In this document: piece after piece, positions 20,973 to 29,271 of the stretch | Position numbering within the stretch: position 1 is the first letter of the stretch | Layout of the letters: every line of letters starts with the position of its first letter | Source: an uncultured Verrucomicrobiae bacterium | GTDB lineage: Bacteria; Verrucomicrobiota; Verrucomicrobiia; Limisphaerales; Palsa-1400 | Direction of reading: 5' to 3' | Assembly (NCBI GenBank): GCA_963825315.1 | Contig: CAWGST010000001.1 | Coordinates: 270,556-334,555 of the forward strand | Length of the DNA stretch: 64,000 nt | Made by a program: the position numbers and the translations under genes | The notes under the pieces: generated by a model | What the model saw: the letters and a program-made list of their open reading frames with translations, nothing else | Told to the model about the DNA's origin: nothing | The model's database searches: none

Positions 20973-21644
20973 ATGAGACGTCTTATCCGCTGGGCGCTTT
21001 ATCTTTTCATTGTCCTGGTCGTCCTGATCGTGGCCGCGGTTCTTTTGCTCAACACGATTGTCAAGCAAGTGGTCGAGAGCCGGATGCGCGCCAGGACGGG
21101 CATGGACACGAGAATCGGACTGATCGACGTCGGCCTCCTTTCGCCCACGATCACCATTGAAAACTTCAAACTCTACAACACGGCGGATTTTGGCGGCTCC
21201 GTTTTTATTGACATGCCCGAACTGCACCTGGAATACGATCCCCTGGCGGTCCGCTCCGGCAAACTTCATTTCAAACTGGTGCGGCTGGATCTGGCCGAGG
21301 TCGCTCTGGTGCAGGACAAGAAAGGCCGGTTGAATGTGCAGGATTTGGAGAACAGAAGCCGCCAGGCATCCCGTGGGAAAAAATCTTCCGCCGATGATTT
21401 CAAGTTCACGGGGATTGACACGTTGAATCTGACCCTGGGCAAATTTCGGCTGTCAAACCTTGCCTCGGGCCGCGAGGAGGAGATTGAGTTTGGCATCAAG
21501 AACCAAATCTCGCACAACGTAAAGTCCGAGGCCGACCTGGGGGGCATAAACCTCCTTCTGGCCGCCCGCGCTGCGTCGGTTTCGTCATCCGCCAAACCCA
21601 CCCTCGACTTGCCCGCGCTTCTGCAAAGCCTCACCGCGCACTAG
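20973..21644 (+). CDS. Membrane-anchored hypothetical protein (AsmA-N-terminal-like)
   Basis: An in-frame ATG at 20973 gives MRRLIRWALYLFIVLVVLIVAAVLLL (a signal anchor). The ORF-track start at 20691 would overlap the previous gene. The resemblance to AsmA/DUF748 N-termini is from memory only. Confidence 0.45.
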   Translation: MRRLIRWALYLFIVLVVLIVAAVLLLNTIVKQVVESRMRARTGMDTRIGLIDVGLLSPTITIENFKLYNTADFGGSVFIDMPELHLEYDPLAVRSGKLHFKLVRLDLAEVALVQDKKGRLNVQDLENRSRQASRGKKSSADDFKFTGIDTLNLTLGKFRLSNLASGREEEIEFGIKNQISHNVKSEADLGGINLLLAARAASVSSSAKPTLDLPALLQSLTAH

Positions 21645-21733
21645 CGTGGAATCGTCGAAGCGCTCATCCCTGCCCGATCCACACGAAAGTTAGGTTGCGC
21701 TGGCTGCCCGATGGGTTAAATTCATAAGTGAGT

Positions 21734-21967
21734 ATGACAATGCTGACCTGCAAAATACCGGAGAGGCTCGACGCACGGTTGGAAGAACTGGCGCGGCATA
21801 CAAAAGTGCCGAAAGCGAAGATTGTGCGCAAAGCGTTGGAGCAAGCAGTTCGTAAAACGCCCAGAAATGGCGCGGCCTTTGCCTTGGTCAAAAACTTGTG
21901 TGGCTCTCTCAGCGGGCCATCCGATCTGGCTACGAATCCGAAGCATCTGGAGGGTATGGGTGCCTGA
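21734..21967 (+). CDS. Ribbon-helix-helix (CopG-like) antitoxin, VapB-type
   Basis: LTCKIPERLDARLEELARHTKVPKAKIVRKALEQAV is a typical RHH fold signature. It overlaps the downstream PIN gene by 8 nt. Confidence 0.7.
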   Translation: MTMLTCKIPERLDARLEELARHTKVPKAKIVRKALEQAVRKTPRNGAAFALVKNLCGSLSGPSDLATNPKHLEGMGA

Positions 21968-22376
21968 AACCCATATCATCGTTGACACCGGTCCACTCGT
22001 CGCTTTCCTGATCAAGGAGGAAGCACATCATCGCTGGGTCTCGGACCAATTCCAGCGCCTGCCCGCGCCATTCGTGACTTGCGAACCCGTCCTCACGGAA
22101 ACATTCTTCCTCCTGCGCCGCATCCCTGACGGGCCGGCGAAGTTCTTCGCGCTGCTTGATAGCGGCCTGCTGCAAGTCGATTTCTCCCTGTTGGCCGAAA
22201 AGGATTCCCTGGAAAGGCTCATTCGACGATACGCCAACGTCCCGATGTCACTGGCCGATGCCTGCCTGGTCCGACTCGCGGAATTGAATCCCCGGTCTTA
22301 CGTATTCACTCTGGACGGCGACTTTCACATCTACCGTCAGCACGGACGCCAGGCAATTTCCCTCTTAACTCCGTAA
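21960..22376 (+). CDS. vapC: PIN-domain toxin, VapC-type
   Basis: A GTG at 21960 gives VPETHIIVDTGPLVAF... (first PIN acidic residue in VDTGP). LADACLV and TLDGDF are the later acidic motifs. About 138 aa. Confidence 0.75.
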   Translation: MPETHIIVDTGPLVAFLIKEEAHHRWVSDQFQRLPAPFVTCEPVLTETFFLLRRIPDGPAKFFALLDSGLLQVDFSLLAEKDSLERLIRRYANVPMSLADACLVRLAELNPRSYVFTLDGDFHIYRQHGRQAISLLTP

Positions 22377-22506
22377 CGATGTCAAACCCATATCTTTCGT
22401 CGCGATCGCACCAGCCCGCATGATTCGCAAACCATTTTACACGCCGCCTGGAAATTTTAGCGATGGTGCGTGATGGTTTCGGCAGGTTTTCCAGCCTGCG
22501 ACCAGT

Positions 22507-22793
22507 TCAAAGCGTGCCGTGGCAAGTGTAAGGCGCAGGTGAGATGCCTGCGCCCTCTTGTTTTCTGTGGGGTCCAATCCGCTCCAAGACACCGTCATCT
22601 TCCAGCTTCATCCGTCCACCTTGCCGGGCGATGAACCAAACGAGGTTGTGCTCCGCTCCGCCTCTACGTCCTCGAAAGACATTCTGACCTCCTGCCGGAA
22701 CCATTCGAAGGAGGGCCGGCGTTTCGAGAAAAAGAGATGGCTCGACCGACTCCGATGATAGTCCGACGATCCAAATCAACCGAATATTCATCC
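22507..22793 (-). CDS. Hypothetical small protein (95 aa)
   Basis: The internal ATG at 22793 of ORF 22507..23139 lies 35 nt downstream of the stop of the basic protein gene. No family recognised. Weak. Confidence 0.25.
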
Positions 22794-22828
22794 CCACCAC
22801 GCATTGACGACCGCGTTCCGTGATTGGC

Positions 22829-23200
22829 TTACAACGTCGTCTTCCCTTCTGCCCTCGCCTTGACCCATCTTGCCCTGGCACTGGCGGCCAACTTTGCTCT
22901 TGCCGCAGCACTAAACTTCCTCCGTTTCTTTGCAGGCTTGGATTTCTTTGCCCCTTTGCCTCGATATTTGGCCCATCTCGCCCTGGCCGCAGCAGCAATT
23001 GCAGCCCGACCAGCCCGAGACATGCGCCGTTTCTTCCTTCTGGTGGTGAATGGACTGGACATGCCGCCACCCGCAATTGAATCGATCTTGCCTTGCAGTT
23101 TCTCAACCCTCCTCTCGATGGCAATTTGCAGTTTCTCAATCTTTTTCTTGATGACGATAATGCTTCGGATTTTGTCCGTTGATAAATCTTTGATATTCAT
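22829..23200 (-). CDS. Small basic protein: coiled-coil N-terminus plus two R/K/A-rich ARARWxK repeats
   Basis: The internal ATG at 23200 gives MNIKDLSTDKIRSIIVIKKKIEKLQIAIERRVEKLQ. This is followed by RMSRAGRAAIAAAARARWAKYRGK and KFSAAARAKLAASARARWVKARAE. No family name is assigned. Confidence 0.5.
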   Translation of the reverse strand: MNIKDLSTDKIRSIIVIKKKIEKLQIAIERRVEKLQGKIDSIAGGGMSSPFTTRRKKRRMSRAGRAAIAAAARARWAKYRGKGAKKSKPAKKRRKFSAAARAKLAASARARWVKARAEGKTTL

Positions 23201-23351
23201 GGGGAATTGGTAATCTGGGTGGGGCTTGGGAGTCAATGGCGGAGATTTCGGCTCTTTCCAAAACTGCTGCAAAGAAATCCTGTTGGCAGGCTCCAAAACA
23301 AGCAAAAGTTTGGTTTGACCCCTGCCACGAGGAGATTGCCAAAGGGGACTT

Positions 23352-24725
23352 ACTAGTATTACTCTGTTAAGTTATATTGACACATTTTGAGGGGGTGCTA
23401 CAGTGTTGGTCATGAAGTGGAATTCCGCACACTGGCGGCGCAAGGTTGCCGCGTTTCAAAAATTCATCGAGCCACTGGTGGCCGACATCGGACGGAGCGA
23501 GCGGCGGGAGAGCGCAGCGCTCTACGTGCAGGGCCTTTTAATGCCCGGACAACGCAAATCCATCGAACCCATCGCGCAGCGGCTGCAGGTGGACAGTCAG
23601 AAGCTGCAGCAATTCGTGAGCGACAGTCCCTGGCAGGAGAGCCACGTCTGGCGGGCGATTCGGCGTGAGGTCATTCCGGCGATGGAGCCGTTGCAGGCGT
23701 GGGTCGTGGACGAAACCGGCTGGCTCAAACAAGGCAACCATTCGGTGGGAGTCAGTCACCAATATTGTGGGGCGGTGGGCAAACAGGCGCAGTGCCAAGT
23801 AGCCGTCGAGTTGGTGGTCACGGATGGGGACATTGCGGCCCCGGTGGGAGGAAGGCTCTATCTGCCGGAAATCTGGACCAGGGACCGATCCCGGCGGCGG
23901 GAGGCCGGAGTGCCCGAGCAGGTGAACTTTCAGACCAAGCCCGACATTGCTGGAGACTTGATCGAGGAGGCGCTGGCGGACGGTTTGACGGCGGCCCCGG
24001 TTTTGGGCGATTCCGCTTACGGAAGAACCCCCGAGTGGCGGCGGCGCCTGCGCGGGTTGGGACTGGAATACTTCCTTCACGGCGAAGAACACTGGCTGGC
24101 TTGGGCGCAACGCCCCAAGCTGGCCCACGGCTACAAACTTTGGAGGGTCACCAAGACGGCCCCCAAAGCGCAGTCGTTGCGGCGTTTGGCTGAAGGCTTC
24201 AAAGCCCGGGAATGGCAGGCGGCGACTTGGGAGGCGGCCGACGGCGAAAAGCGCGCGACACGCCTGGCGTGGAGGCAGATTTATCTCAACACCGATTTGG
24301 ACGAGAAGAGCGGAGAGTGGCCATCCTGCTGGCTGGTGGTGGATTGGCCCGAAGGCCAGCCCGATCCGTATCATGTTTATGCTGCCTGGCTCAAGCAACC
24401 GCCGACCAAGGGGCGGAGCCTGCGCTTGAGCCGCGGCCGCTGGCCCATCGAACAGTATTTTCAACGGGGCAAAGACGACTTGGGCTTGGACCACTATGAG
24501 GGACGCAGTTGGCGCGGATTCCACCACCATCTGGTCATGGCCGCCGTCGCCTATTTGTTTGTGGCGATGGATTATCTACGCGCCAAAAAAAACTTCTGGC
24601 CTCACGTGGGAACAGGCGTTGCGGGCGATGCAGCCATTGATCGTGCGCTCGCGCGGCTTGTGTCCCTGCTGCCTGACTGAATTTGAAGATTTTTCGCCTA
24701 TTTCTACTTAACAGAGTAATACTAG
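23352..24725 (+). mobile_element. IS701/IS4-like insertion sequence (~1.37 kb) with 20-bp perfect terminal inverted repeats
   Basis: The left end ctagtattactctgttaagt (23352-23371) is the exact reverse complement of acttaacagagtaatactag (24706-24725). The element encloses a single DDE transposase ORF. Both ends start and finish with CTAG, so the TSD/IR boundary is ambiguous. Confidence 0.8.
23403..24680 (+). CDS. IS701-family DDE transposase (conserved C-terminal tail out of frame after an A8 run at 24585-24592)
   Basis: 425-aa ORF. The N-terminus ...FIEPLVADIGRSERRESAALYVQGLLMPGQRKSIEPIAQRL is the IS701-type signature as I remember it. After the aaaaaaaa run, the +1 frame (ORF 24496..24711) encodes KKTSGLTWEQALRAMQPLIVRSRGLCPCC, which looks like the family's normal C-terminus. 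Confidence 0.75.
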   Translation: MLVMKWNSAHWRRKVAAFQKFIEPLVADIGRSERRESAALYVQGLLMPGQRKSIEPIAQRLQVDSQKLQQFVSDSPWQESHVWRAIRREVIPAMEPLQAWVVDETGWLKQGNHSVGVSHQYCGAVGKQAQCQVAVELVVTDGDIAAPVGGRLYLPEIWTRDRSRRREAGVPEQVNFQTKPDIAGDLIEEALADGLTAAPVLGDSAYGRTPEWRRRLRGLGLEYFLHGEEHWLAWAQRPKLAHGYKLWRVTKTAPKAQSLRRLAEGFKAREWQAATWEAADGEKRATRLAWRQIYLNTDLDEKSGEWPSCWLVVDWPEGQPDPYHVYAAWLKQPPTKGRSLRLSRGRWPIEQYFQRGKDDLGLDHYEGRSWRGFHHHLVMAAVAYLFVAMDYLRAKKNFWPHVGTGVAGDAAIDRALARLVSLLPD

Positions 24726-25900
24726 CGTGCAGCCAGTTCCGTGTCCTCGAAAGCCATGCCGGAGAATTGTTGCACGAACTCGGGCACTGGAATGGTGAAC
24801 AGGCCGTTCTGGGTCGGGTAGCCGTTGGTCAGGCCCGGCGGGCCTTTGGGAATGAACTCGTTGCCGTGCGGGTTCCACAAATCGATGGTGTCATATATCG
24901 GATCATACGCCAGCAGCGCGTAAACGTGACGGGGCGTGAGACCCGGAGTCGTCGGCTTTAGCGTCGAGCAGGTCACCAAACGCTTTTGACCGGTGGCATC
25001 GGCCAGTTTCCTGCGCAACGCGGCCAATCTGGTGTCGCGCAACGCAGCCGGAGCGGCGGGATCCTTGCCGAACTCCAGCGAAAAGCCGCTGACTTTATGG
25101 CCGGTAAGATCGGAAATGACCCTTCCGGCGGAACCGCCACTGGCAATTGCCTCAATGGACGAGTCAGATTGCTGATCCGGCGATTTCAGGCTATTGTGCA
25201 ATTGGCCGATCGCTTCCTCGTAGAGATCCACCCAAAGGCCATCGTGACTGTTGTTCGCCATCCTGCCCATGGCCCGCTCCGCGTCGGTGGGCAACGCCAC
25301 CACAACAGCCTCGGTGCCGATCTTGACGACGCAATGGTACTCACCTGCCATGGAAAACATGGAGGCAACCTCCTGCGGGTCGCGATGAACCATGGCGCCG
25401 ATCGGGGCCAGGCAAAAGCAATCGCCTATGTGCCCTTGGCGGATGGTTTCCAAGCGCGGCAGGCTGGAGGCGAAAAGCTGGCCATTCGTGAAACCGTTGA
25501 TGCGCCGGAGACTATCCAAGTACAGGCGCACCAAATTCGGCTGATGCCTGGCTGGCGGACGGCCGGCAAGCTCGCGGATATTGTTGAAGGTCAACGGAGG
25601 CACGGTGTAATTAGTTGAGAGCGAAGCGCGTTTAAGCGCTGCCAGCGCGGCGGCCGACTGATCGGAATTGGCTGGATCTTTGATGGCAACGTCCAACTCC
25701 TCCATGGACAGGGTTTCATTATGATCCAGATCCCAGGCGTAAAACCTGGCGGCCACCGCTTCGATAAATGGGCCGCCGGTTTTGTCTTGCGCGCGGACGC
25801 TGCATGAAGGCGTGACAGCCAGGAGCAGCAGCAATAGCGCTGGCAAAAAGCCCTGGCGGCGCCCGTATTTGGTTGTAAAGACCAAAGATCTTCCAATCAT
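24722..25900 (-). CDS. Secreted calpain-like cysteine peptidase (peptidase C2-like) with N-terminal EF-hand-like loop
   Basis: Has a signal peptide (LPALLLLLLAVTPSCSVRAQ) and an EF-hand-like loop DLDHNETLSMEEL. The putative catalytic triad contexts are QGHIGDCFCLAP (Cys), RHVYALLAY (His) and LWNPHGNEF (Asn). The stop codon TAG lies inside the CTAG at the IS right end. Confidence 0.7.
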   Translation of the reverse strand: MIGRSLVFTTKYGRRQGFLPALLLLLLAVTPSCSVRAQDKTGGPFIEAVAARFYAWDLDHNETLSMEELDVAIKDPANSDQSAAALAALKRASLSTNYTVPPLTFNNIRELAGRPPARHQPNLVRLYLDSLRRINGFTNGQLFASSLPRLETIRQGHIGDCFCLAPIGAMVHRDPQEVASMFSMAGEYHCVVKIGTEAVVVALPTDAERAMGRMANNSHDGLWVDLYEEAIGQLHNSLKSPDQQSDSSIEAIASGGSAGRVISDLTGHKVSGFSLEFGKDPAAPAALRDTRLAALRRKLADATGQKRLVTCSTLKPTTPGLTPRHVYALLAYDPIYDTIDLWNPHGNEFIPKGPPGLTNGYPTQNGLFTIPVPEFVQQFSGMAFEDTELAAR

Positions 25901-26173
25901 GGGTAAGAGTCAAGCACCTGCCGTGCCACGTAATGCCTTAATTTGAAATTTATATGTCCAAGTGTCACTTTTAAAACTCTCGCCTTATGTGGGTTGCTCC
26001 ATCATTCGAGCATTTCGAGGGTATGTGTTTTGTCAGTGGAGCGGTCCTGAAAAACTCAAGCGGCAATTCTTATCCGGGAAGTGGCAACCTCGAAGGCGAC
26101 CAAGGGCGCACAACTGCCATACAATTACGTCAAGTGTTGAGTGGGGTTTTCCCTTTGAATTTCATCAGGATGG

Positions 26174-28248
26174 TCAGTTTGAGAAGAATTTTTCGTCCTT
26201 GAGCATCGGGAGAACTTTTTGGGCGATCGGATCTGAGGCGAAATGCTTCTGAACACACTGGTCGCCCAGGTAATTCGCGAGCGCGAGAAAGATCATTCCT
26301 TGGTCAAGCACGAGGTATTTATAGGCGACTTCGCCGGAAACGGGGTCGACGGCGTCGTAGAATCCATACTGGCCGTAGATGTCATATTTCTCGATCAAAT
26401 TGCGAAGGTTCGCAATGGCCTCGGCGGGTGTGACATAGAGGGCGAGCGCGGTCACGTGCGGCGTGACGACTCCCGCCTTGTAGCCGCGAACGCCGAGCAC
26501 CTTCACGCCATATTCCGAGTAGCTGTCGGTGGCCGTCATGGAGCAGGGCGACATCCCCCACACGGGATATTTCAACGTTTCAAGGGCATAACGGCGCTGG
26601 ATCACCGCGTGGATCACGTCATTGGTTCCGACGTTTTCCGGTCCGTATTGCTTTTCATCGATGATGACGGTCGGCATCAGCGCCTCGAAAAGACTGCCGC
26701 CCCAGCTTGGAACATATCTGAGACCGTTCCATTCGTACCAGCCGCCGATCGTTTCGTGTCTGCGCACGGTTTTCGCCTTGCGCTCACGTGGCGTGAGCGA
26801 TTGCCAGTCCGCGTTGGACGGGAATGTTCGCAGGAGCCGGAACCAGTGTTCCTCTGGAACATCGCCCTTGCCGATGGCGATCATGCTGCCGGCGCGCGAC
26901 TCCGCGTAGAGCAGGCCATAATTATAGTCTGCGCGACATTTCATGTGGACGTAGAAGCCGTGGTTCATCACCTGATCGACATCATCATAAAAGAATTTGT
27001 AGTTACCGCGATCGATGAGTTTCGTACAGCGCGGGATCAATTCCGGAAAAGCCTGCCGCACTACCATGAGTCCCGACGTCAGCCACGCGCTGTCGGCGAA
27101 CGAAATGAAGTTGCTCGTGCGCTCGTTCGTCGTCGTGTCGTAATAGTTGTAGAGAAACCCTTCGTATGATTCCATTCCCTCGATCGAGTCGAGCGTGTGG
27201 CGCAGGCGTTCGAGAGCTTCGTCGCGCGTGATCAGCTTAAGATCACAGGCGGCCGTGACCGACAGGAGGTAGATGCCGATGTCGGTGACGTTTGAATAAT
27301 CGCCGGCGCGGCTTTCCGCGGGATCGACCGATTTTTTGCCGAAGCGCACCTGGTCGAAAGGCAGCCGATGCTCCCTGTCACAGAGCGAATCGATGCCGGT
27401 CCAGGTGTCGCGCGCGACACGCAGCAGAAATTCTCGATCATCCTTCGGAAACGAGGATTTGTCCGCGAGCAGGGTGGTGGGCCATCCTGCGAGGCGCTGA
27501 CGGATGAACGGCCGGGCCGCGACCTCTCCTCCGTGGGCCTGTTCCCATGCGCGTTTCTTCGGAACGGGCACGGGATCGTGGATGGACGGGCCGGGATCGC
27601 CGGTTTTGACAAAGGCGATGTCGTCGATGAAAACCGCCCCGTGCGTCACCTTTTCGCGGCGCGAATGGAATCCGATGACGAACTGGTCGAGATCCTTCCA
27701 CGTCTCGATGCCGTTCATCATGTTGAGCGGAATGCGGAAGCGCTGCCACTCATCGGTGATGCCCTGGATGACGAAGCTGCCCTTGAGCGTTTCGCCCGGT
27801 GAGTCCGGCTTGGGCTGCTTCACTTCGATTTTGAGCGACTTGGCGAAGCCCTGTTTCGGATCACCCTTTACCCAGAGCTCCAGGTGGTCATAGTCGCGGG
27901 CGTCGAGCCGGTTGAGGCTCATCCAGAATCCGTTCTGGGACGATTTGTTCGGATTGAGCCGGTATGCGAGGTAGAGCGAGTTGCCTTCAGTGCCGCGTTT
28001 GGTCTGCGCATCGAGGATGCACGTGCAATCCGATTTGGAATCAGTCGGATCGAGATTCCACGTTCCAGCATTGCCGCCAAGATTGTTTTGAATGCTCGGA
28101 CGGTCGAAGTCATGCACGACGAGCCGCTTCAGCGTGGCATCGGCAGCGGGTGCGTTCGTGGGAGCGACGGGGTCGGCCCGACATAGGAAAGCGGTTAGAA
28201 CGAGAACACAAACAGTGGAGGGGAACCTGGAGATCGCAAAGATCATAA
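26174..28248 (-). CDS. Secreted DUF3131 / GH144-like glucanase-family protein with N-terminal CBM-like module
   Basis: The internal ATG at 28248 gives a signal peptide (MIFAISRFPSTVCVLVLTAFLC). The N-terminal jelly-roll-like module ends in AVFIDDIAFV. The C-terminal region (YSNVTDIGIYLLSV...FLYNYYDTTT...SAWLTSGL) resembles the glucoamylase-like DUF3131 family. The family call is from memory. Confidence 0.6.
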
Positions 28249-28435
28249 GAAAAGGGCTGCCTGTTTGGCAGCCCTGGCTGGCTGCACCTGCTTGATACTC
28301 CCAGTCAAGCCCTCGTTGCTTTTTGCTATCATCGGTAAAGATCAGTCCCGCATATTGCATTGTTTTCCTTTCTCATTGCAGGCGCAGTGCGTTGGCGGCG
28401 TAACCCGCCGTCCCCATCCGTAAATGGCTTGCTAT

Positions 28436-28960
28436 CTACGCCGACGTCATCGTCGTCTCCGAACGCAGGCGTTGTGCCATGTCCAGCTTCACCCCGTCCG
28501 CTTTGCGTTGCCGGCTCAGTTCCGCATCATTCCATCCCCGCCGTCGCAATTCTTCGGCCAACACGCGTTCGGCCTTCGCCATCGCTGTCCCCTGCCGCTC
28601 GCTCCCGCCATGCTGCCTCCCGATTTGCCCGCTCATTTGTTCCAGCAGTTCGGCGCGGAAGGTTTCCTCGCCAAAACGGCCGCCTGTCAATATAGTAAGC
28701 ATAAATACTTACTATGCAAACACCCTATTTCCCCGTGGCGAGGATGACGGTGCCGCCCGAGTCCACTTTCTTGTATTTGCACAGCCTGTGGAAAAACTCG
28801 TTGCGCACACGGGTTTTTCTGTTGGCGTAGCCCGCACCGCCTTAACGCCGCGGGTGCTCGCTGGCGCCAGCTCGTATTCGCGCATCATTGATTTCAAGCG
28901 CATTTATAACAATGTCGAACGCAACCATTCAAGCGGAATGCTCTTCAACTGGCTGGTCAT
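28436..28960 (-). pseudogene. Decayed IS200-like/RAYT-like (Y1 transposase family) remnant
   Basis: ORF 28436..28702 (GEETFRAELLEQMSGQIGRQHGGSERQGTAMAKAERVLAEELRRRGWNDAELSRQRKADGVKLDMAQRLRSETTMT) matches the C-terminal region of a PVC-typical IS200-like transposase family. Upstream, another frame reads GYANRKTRVRNEFFHRLCKYKKVDSGG, reminiscent of the core F..RYK motif. The pieces are in different frames and the middle of the gene is missing. Confidence 0.45.
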
Positions 28961-29271
28961 CTCGCGCTGACAAAATCAACGCCTGCAAGACGGCCATTGT
29001 GGAATGGATTGGCCCGTAGCGCCACGCCCAACGACTGCGTTGGACCTTGCGCCAACGTCAAATCATTTTCCGCTTGCTTTTCCAAGACTTTGAACGGACG
29101 ATCGGAACTATGCTGCAGCATGATCACCGACGTCTGGCCACCTTCTGGCGAGTCACCGTCAAAGCTTGGCTCCGACCCCCGGGTCTGATCTGCGTCCGGC
29201 AAAACCAAAAACCAAAAGTGTCAACCGATTATCCGGAAAAGTGGTCTCATAATTAACTTTGCCGCTCAATT

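Noticed and set aside
24585-24592. A8 run in the transposase as a classical -1 programmed ribosomal frameshift site
   Set aside because: Restoring the conserved tail needs a +1 (equivalently -2) shift in reading, not -1, and no downstream stimulatory structure is apparent. Only an indel or transcriptional slippage is kept as a possibility.
26243-27169. 308-aa plus-strand ORF inside the DUF3131/GH144-like gene region
   Set aside because: It is antisense to a 690+-aa ORF with signal peptide and family-like motifs, and its composition is that of a shadow frame.
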